From a virus, in IMG/VR virus record IMGVR_UViG_3300044641_004197, positions 1-64,000 of that record: 64,000 bases of DNA; one strand, 5' to 3'. Below, in pieces: positions 59,156 to 64,000 of this stretch; position 1 is the first letter of the stretch, and every line of letters starts with the position of its first letter. A program made the translations under genes and the position numbers. Under the pieces are notes generated by a model that made no database searches, was not told the origin of the DNA, and worked only from the letters and a program-made list of their open reading frames with translations.

Positions 59156-60307
59156 TTAACCTAATGTTACTTGCGGTCTTACAAATTGGTTTATTGCATT
59201 AAATTTAAAGTTCGGAGGATTAATCAAGAATTCATTCTTTTCATTGATTATCATTATTTCAACACCTGCGTTTCTATACTTTTCGTTCAATTGAACAACC
59301 ATTTGTGTTTGAAATATTTCTGATTTAGGATACTTCTTCAAGAATACACTTAACAAAGAATTGACATCTTCAGCAAATGACGTTAATTCTTCAGTGTCTT
59401 GAGTATCTTCTGTTTTTTCAATAGTGGTTTGGTGTTTTCCCGATTGAAGCGCTTTCTTCAAATCATCAAACGAAATCTTAAAGAATACATCTTTATCTAT
59501 ATCATTTGCTTTGAATACGAAACTTTTACCGGCAGTTTTTTCTGATGACAAACTCTTTTGTGATTTTTCGTAAACTACATAGTTACGAAGTTGTTCGATG
59601 AAATCATAAAAAGCATTTAATTTTTTAAGAGTAACAGATGCTTCTGATCCGTCCATTAATGCATCATATGCATTTGACATCTCTTGAATCTTTTCACCGT
59701 CTTTATATTCTTTGGATGTAAATAACTTTTTAAGACCGAATGTTACGTATCTAAAAGAGTTGATAGTGTCTAAGTCAATATTAGTTCCAAATCGAATTGT
59801 ATCTTTTGCCTTCTTAATCTTTTTGATTTCGTATTTCTTTTCACCGATTTGAATATCACCTTTATCGCCGATAATCTTTTTGGAATCAGGCAATAATAAA
59901 TAAAAAGCAAACTCACCCTGACCTATCTGATTCTTTTCATACACAATCAGAGACGGATTTTCTCTCAAGAATTGAAACGTAGCATCTATCGTTTGATTTG
60001 TTTTTCTAAACTCTCTGACATAATTAACCAAAAGTTCCAAATCTTGAGCAGATGGTTGAGTCTTAAAGAAAGACATGTATCTTTTCTTTACATAGTTTAC
60101 GATTTCTTCTGTAGTATCAGGAACAACTGACCCCTCCGCTTCAAAAAGTTCATTTAATCTTTTTCTATCAAACAAAGAAATGTATTTATTTTTAATCAAA
60201 AAAGATTCGAAGTGAAATAAATCTTCGGAATTTTTTATATTAAACTTCAGTCCTCCATCTTTTCTTGATATAAAGTATTCTTGTAGGATATCATCAATTG
60301 TTAACAT
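59156..60307 (-). CDS. Hypothetical protein with possible PD-(D/E)XK nuclease core
   Basis: GQGEFA...GDIQIGEKKYEIK. Confidence 0.5.
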   Translation of the reverse strand: MLTIDDILQEYFISRKDGGLKFNIKNSEDLFHFESFLIKNKYISLFDRKRLNELFEAEGSVVPDTTEEIVNYVKKRYMSFFKTQPSAQDLELLVNYVREFRKTNQTIDATFQFLRENPSLIVYEKNQIGQGEFAFYLLLPDSKKIIGDKGDIQIGEKKYEIKKIKKAKDTIRFGTNIDLDTINSFRYVTFGLKKLFTSKEYKDGEKIQEMSNAYDALMDGSEASVTLKKLNAFYDFIEQLRNYVVYEKSQKSLSSEKTAGKSFVFKANDIDKDVFFKISFDDLKKALQSGKHQTTIEKTEDTQDTEELTSFAEDVNSLLSVFLKKYPKSEIFQTQMVVQLNEKYRNAGVEIMIINEKNEFLINPPNFKFNAINQFVRPQVTLG

Positions 60308-60348
60308 ATAGTATAAATATATAAATATTTATTGAAATTTTGAATTTC

Positions 60349-61698
60349 TTATATATCAACAAGTTTCATGTCATTATAATTAACACCCATATAACTTTTG
60401 GTAGGAAACTTTCCATTTTCCATCAAAGTCTTTATTTGACCAAAACATTCTTTTTCTTCCAAACAAACGTCAAACAAAATACTATCATACGTATACAATA
60501 TAGCTTTTGTTTGTTTATTGTTTAGATATTGATTTACACTAGCTAATGATTGTATACCAAACTCAGTTTCACTTGCTTGTAGAATATAGTTAAATAACTT
60601 ATTTGGGTTGGGTTCGTATATATGATTTGTGGTGATCTGTCTCTTAAAGATCGGAGTTTCTACATATTGGTATCTATTAAAGAAATCCCATCTATGATCA
60701 ATATATTCATTCATCTTTTTATAATAAGGAATCTCCAACAATTCGTCTGGTATGTTACCATACATACACTGAAAAGTAACATTCTTAGCTGTTTTAATCT
60801 CCTCAGATGTTAATTGTTCTTTTCCGTAATAATACCGTCCAAGATATTCGTAAGCATTTGACGGTAGATTATAATTAATTAACTTTGCTACCAAATGTGG
60901 ATGATACGCACTATAATCAATCATAAATAGAATACCGTCCTTTCCGAATCTACTTATGAAACTACTACGACACCCATTCTCCTTGTTTAAGGCGCTATAG
61001 TTTACATTTCCAAACCGATTGCTAGGTCTACCCGTGGATGTATACATATTATACTGTGTATACACAAATTCATTTATTACCTTAACGTTCTTATCTCCAA
61101 AGTGAGTATTGAAAATGTCTTCGTTAACTTTTAATCCATTCTTTTCTAGAATCTGTAGATTATCCGTTATAATTCCGTTTAAATCATTAAAACTACTGTC
61201 TAGCCTTACATTTCTAACTCGTTTCAATGATTCCACACACATTTGTTCAAATTTCTCCAAATGTTTTGTAATAGGAATAACTTTGTTTATATCACTATAG
61301 TTAGAAAACTTCTGTTTATAGAAATTATGAGATGCGGTATCGTATTCACTATAATCATCTACTTTACCATCAGAGATAAAGAATATGATATTGATGTCAA
61401 ACAGATTTTGAATAGGAAGAATATGACTAAATTTCTTTTTATCAAACACCCACTTTTTACCACTCAGTCGGTTTAAATCATACTTTAACTGTTCAACATC
61501 AAGTTTAAATGATGAATCGTTGTGATTTATGGAAATGACGTTAGTTTTTTGCTTGTGAATATTATACGAGAAAAATAAAGAAGGAATTGATACGCATGGA
61601 TGAAAACGATCATCTACTTGAATTACATCGCAGATTAAATCGTCGTCTCTATTTTCTTTTAGAAAAAGTTTGTATTCGTCACTCGACCGTATGACCAT
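60349..61698 (-). CDS. Compact family A DNA polymerase-like protein
   Basis: TSTGRPSN, motif A IDYSAYHPHL, motif B AKNVTFQCMYG, NYILQASE, motif C LYTYDSILFD. Confidence 0.85.
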   Translation of the reverse strand: MVIRSSDEYKLFLKENRDDDLICDVIQVDDRFHPCVSIPSLFFSYNIHKQKTNVISINHNDSSFKLDVEQLKYDLNRLSGKKWVFDKKKFSHILPIQNLFDINIIFFISDGKVDDYSEYDTASHNFYKQKFSNYSDINKVIPITKHLEKFEQMCVESLKRVRNVRLDSSFNDLNGIITDNLQILEKNGLKVNEDIFNTHFGDKNVKVINEFVYTQYNMYTSTGRPSNRFGNVNYSALNKENGCRSSFISRFGKDGILFMIDYSAYHPHLVAKLINYNLPSNAYEYLGRYYYGKEQLTSEEIKTAKNVTFQCMYGNIPDELLEIPYYKKMNEYIDHRWDFFNRYQYVETPIFKRQITTNHIYEPNPNKLFNYILQASETEFGIQSLASVNQYLNNKQTKAILYTYDSILFDVCLEEKECFGQIKTLMENGKFPTKSYMGVNYNDMKLVDI

Positions 61699-61704
61699 TA
61701 TAAT

Positions 61705-61733
61705 AATCTACAACAGAAACTTTGTTTTGTCAA
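61705..61733 (-). promoter_or_regulatory. sigma70-like promoter of PolA-like gene (leaderless)
   Basis: TTGACA-17 nt-TAGATT; 6 nt before ATG 61698. Confidence 0.65.
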
Positions 61734-61734
61734 C

Positions 61735-62115
61735 TTAACTTGGTTTCCAGTATTCCAGAGGATTTTTTAGAGTAGATTCGATTTCAGGAATATATTTTTT
61801 ATGAATATTGATTTGATTCCGATTATATTCATATACACCTTCTTCAATTTTTATTTTATCTTTAAAAACATCATTTCTCTTTCCTGTCAATTTCCAGTTT
61901 ATTGCAATTTTTATATATATATTTGTTGATATATCGGTATAATTATCACTTGCAACTTCATAAACAATTTTATCGTTTGCTCTTTTTACAAAATATCTAG
62001 TGAAAAAACCACCGTCATAATCGCTTTCCGTTGGTATTACTTTATCATAAACAGGATAACTTGTAATAATCCCGTCATAACTAATATCTCTAGTATTATC
62101 TGGATATTCAATCAT
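61735..62115 (-). CDS. Phage hypothetical protein
   Basis: PTESDYDGGFFTRYFVK, WKLTG; follows the structural gene. Confidence 0.65.
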   Translation of the reverse strand: MIEYPDNTRDISYDGIITSYPVYDKVIPTESDYDGGFFTRYFVKRANDKIVYEVASDNYTDISTNIYIKIAINWKLTGKRNDVFKDKIKIEEGVYEYNRNQINIHKKYIPEIESTLKNPLEYWKPS

Positions 62116-62120
62116 TTTAT

Positions 62121-64000
62121 TTAGGGAGTGTTTAATTGAAATTGTGAATTCATTGTTGATTGCGTAGTTTGTTGACCTCTTTGAAGATTATAAGACGGTC
62201 TCAAAGACGCTTTTATTCTGGTTTCCCATCCATTTTCATCAAGTGTATGATTTACATCTCTAACTTGAAAAACAACTACATCGTCTGTAAATGGAGGTGG
62301 AAGATTTTGTATTTTAAAGTATTCAAATACACGTATGCCAGCAATCCCCATCAATGTAATTTCAATTTCAACATTTCTAATAGGTGCGCAGTATACGCCT
62401 GGATTTCCAGATTTATCGTTGTCATTTAACATATACACTAAGGCTTCTTTTTCAGGTATATATAAATCCACAATATTGTATTTTGTTCTGTCGATGGTGG
62501 TTTGCATTGTAGTTCCTCTACCACCAGCTCTTTCAGTTTTTGTAGGAAATACCTGCACTCTCATTAATACATAATCTGGATTTCCCGGGTCAAATTTAAC
62601 ATATTTTTGCATTATGTTTAAAAAAGTCAACGTTGTCTCTGAATTACGTGGTTGATTTTTATCCTTATTTATTGGACCCTTTATTTTATCATAATATTGA
62701 TTTTGATTTGAAAAATCAATTAAATTGTTCATTGAAAGAGATTTTTGTCCAAACGATCTATACAATATTTGATTTGCCATTGCATTCGTAAGTGATGTTG
62801 TAAAACTCATCTTTTTTATTATAGATGTATTACTTCCGTATGAAAAAACAAAAACGTTATCCGCATTTTGTTTGTTGGTAGGCAATTTCTGATCAACTAT
62901 TTGTAATCTATTGTATGGCGTAGAAAGATTTGGATCTGTCGTTCTTATTTCCGCAACCTCAAGATTCCAATAATCACATACAGACTCATTCATTTCTTTT
63001 AAAATTAAATCGTATACTTCTTTCATATCAATTGCATCATCATTGATTACAATCGAATCATTTATAAAACTTACATTTATGTATACATTTTTTATTAAAC
63101 CTTCACTATCAAATGAAGTTTTTCCACGTTTATTACTTGTAGATTTTCTACCATAAGCATTTAAAACACCATCTAAATTATTTCTATATACATCAGAATT
63201 ATAAGTGCCTAATAAAGCCAGTGTATTATTAGCATTTGGAGGCAACTCATTAATATTATTAAGAGATATAAAATTTCTCCCCGTCGATTCCGATTTCATA
63301 TACACAGAATCATTTAACCATTGTCCAGTTTTTCGTCTTTGTGTAGGATCTTCAGGAATCTCTTCGTCAAAAAACCGGGTCACGTCATCTGCATTTTGGT
63401 TATAATTTAAAGAACCTTTACCATTAAATTTTGGAGCATCTGGGTTTGGTATCAATATAGTGCGATTGGTAGAAATTAAATTTTTATGATATCCTGCCTT
63501 TGCATTCATTACATCCATCTCAAAGAAATTTTTGAGAAAAGAATTTTCTTTATTTTGATTTTTCAATGAATTCATTATATCCACAAATAATTCAAGTGTA
63601 ATATAATAATCTTTCATTGCGGCTGACTGATCGTTGCCGTTTTGAGATGTCGAATCAGAAGTCTTTTTTGATGGAAACTTGTATATATAAGAAGACAAAT
63701 TTTCTAAATTTTTGCCATATTTGATACTTAAACCACCGAGCAATGTTTTGATATTATCCACCGGTTCATTTACATTTCCAGATCTTCCTTGTAACTGTTG
63801 TTGCGAAGGTAAAAATGGTTCGGCGTCGTTGGGCGTAAAATTCTTTTTCGTCAATGACACAAATATTTGTTGACATTGTGTTTTAAATGGCATTGCAGGA
63901 CTTTCCCTTCCTGATTGTTCTGTTACTGTATTTACAGTCTTTTCGCCACGAACATTGAATCCACTATACAACATCTGTCTAGATTTTATTTCAGTAAAAC
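62121..64000 (-). CDS. Large virion protein, probable baseplate hub/tail component (5' end outside window)
   Basis: Frame open to window edge; C-terminal ITLMGIAGI...FQVRDVNHTLDENGWETRI resembles gp27-like hub ends. Confidence 0.55.
   Translation of the reverse strand, partial: FTEIKSRQMLYSGFNVRGEKTVNTVTEQSGRESPAMPFKTQCQQIFVSLTKKNFTPNDAEPFLPSQQQLQGRSGNVNEPVDNIKTLLGGLSIKYGKNLENLSSYIYKFPSKKTSDSTSQNGNDQSAAMKDYYITLELFVDIMNSLKNQNKENSFLKNFFEMDVMNAKAGYHKNLISTNRTILIPNPDAPKFNGKGSLNYNQNADDVTRFFDEEIPEDPTQRRKTGQWLNDSVYMKSESTGRNFISLNNINELPPNANNTLALLGTYNSDVYRNNLDGVLNAYGRKSTSNKRGKTSFDSEGLIKNVYINVSFINDSIVINDDAIDMKEVYDLILKEMNESVCDYWNLEVAEIRTTDPNLSTPYNRLQIVDQKLPTNKQNADNVFVFSYGSNTSIIKKMSFTTSLTNAMANQILYRSFGQKSLSMNNLIDFSNQNQYYDKIKGPINKDKNQPRNSETTLTFLNIMQKYVKFDPGNPDYVLMRVQVFPTKTERAGGRGTTMQTTIDRTKYNIVDLYIPEKEALVYMLNDNDKSGNPGVYCAPIRNVEIEITLMGIAGIRVFEYFKIQNLPPPFTDDVVVFQVRDVNHTLDENGWETRIKASLRPSYNLQRGQQTTQSTMNSQFQLNTP

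Noticed and set aside
606-63405. Short antisense or nested ORFs in the track (e.g. 13196..13702, 41757..42329, 44094..44573, 45862..46377)
   Set aside because: They shadow well-supported genes and show no motifs or expression signals
1-64000. Stop-codon reassignment
   Set aside because: Conserved genes are full length in the standard code, and TAA, TGA and TAG all end genes at sensible positions

Overview
This AT-rich 64 kb window is most likely part of a large lytic dsDNA tailed phage (jumbo-phage-like, T4-style replisome), read in the standard genetic code. It has three strand blocks: 1-18.7 kb minus, 18.7-39.6 kb plus, 39.5-64 kb minus. Core genes: family-B DNA polymerase, sliding clamp, two clamp-loader subunits, gp41/DnaB helicase, RNase H/FEN, RecA/UvsX, gp32-like SSB, NrdAB, dUTPase, dNMP kinase, UvsE, a MoxR AAA+/vWA pair, a short family-A polymerase and the end of a baseplate-hub-like gene. 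About half the window (1-12.9 kb and 20.1-39.0 kb) is glycan biosynthesis, with roughly 13 glycosyltransferase-like genes, four methyltransferases and nucleotide-sugar enzymes. The most notable feature is an operon (RfbH/DdhC 3-dehydrase, 4,6-dehydratase, ThDP carboligase, DmpF/DmpG pair, reductase, GT2) that fits a virus-encoded pathway for a C4-branched higher-carbon 3,6-dideoxysugar of the erwiniose/yersiniose type. Other points: a possible sugar-activation module (cupin, NTP-transferase-kinase fusion, GatZ-like protein, HAD), a Kre2/GT15-like gene missed by the ORF track, Mom-like and DruA-like candidate DNA modifiers, and recurrent sigma70-type promoters placed to give leaderless mRNAs. 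No tRNA, rRNA, CRISPR array, intein or IS was recognised. All calls come from reading motifs by eye; no database search was run.
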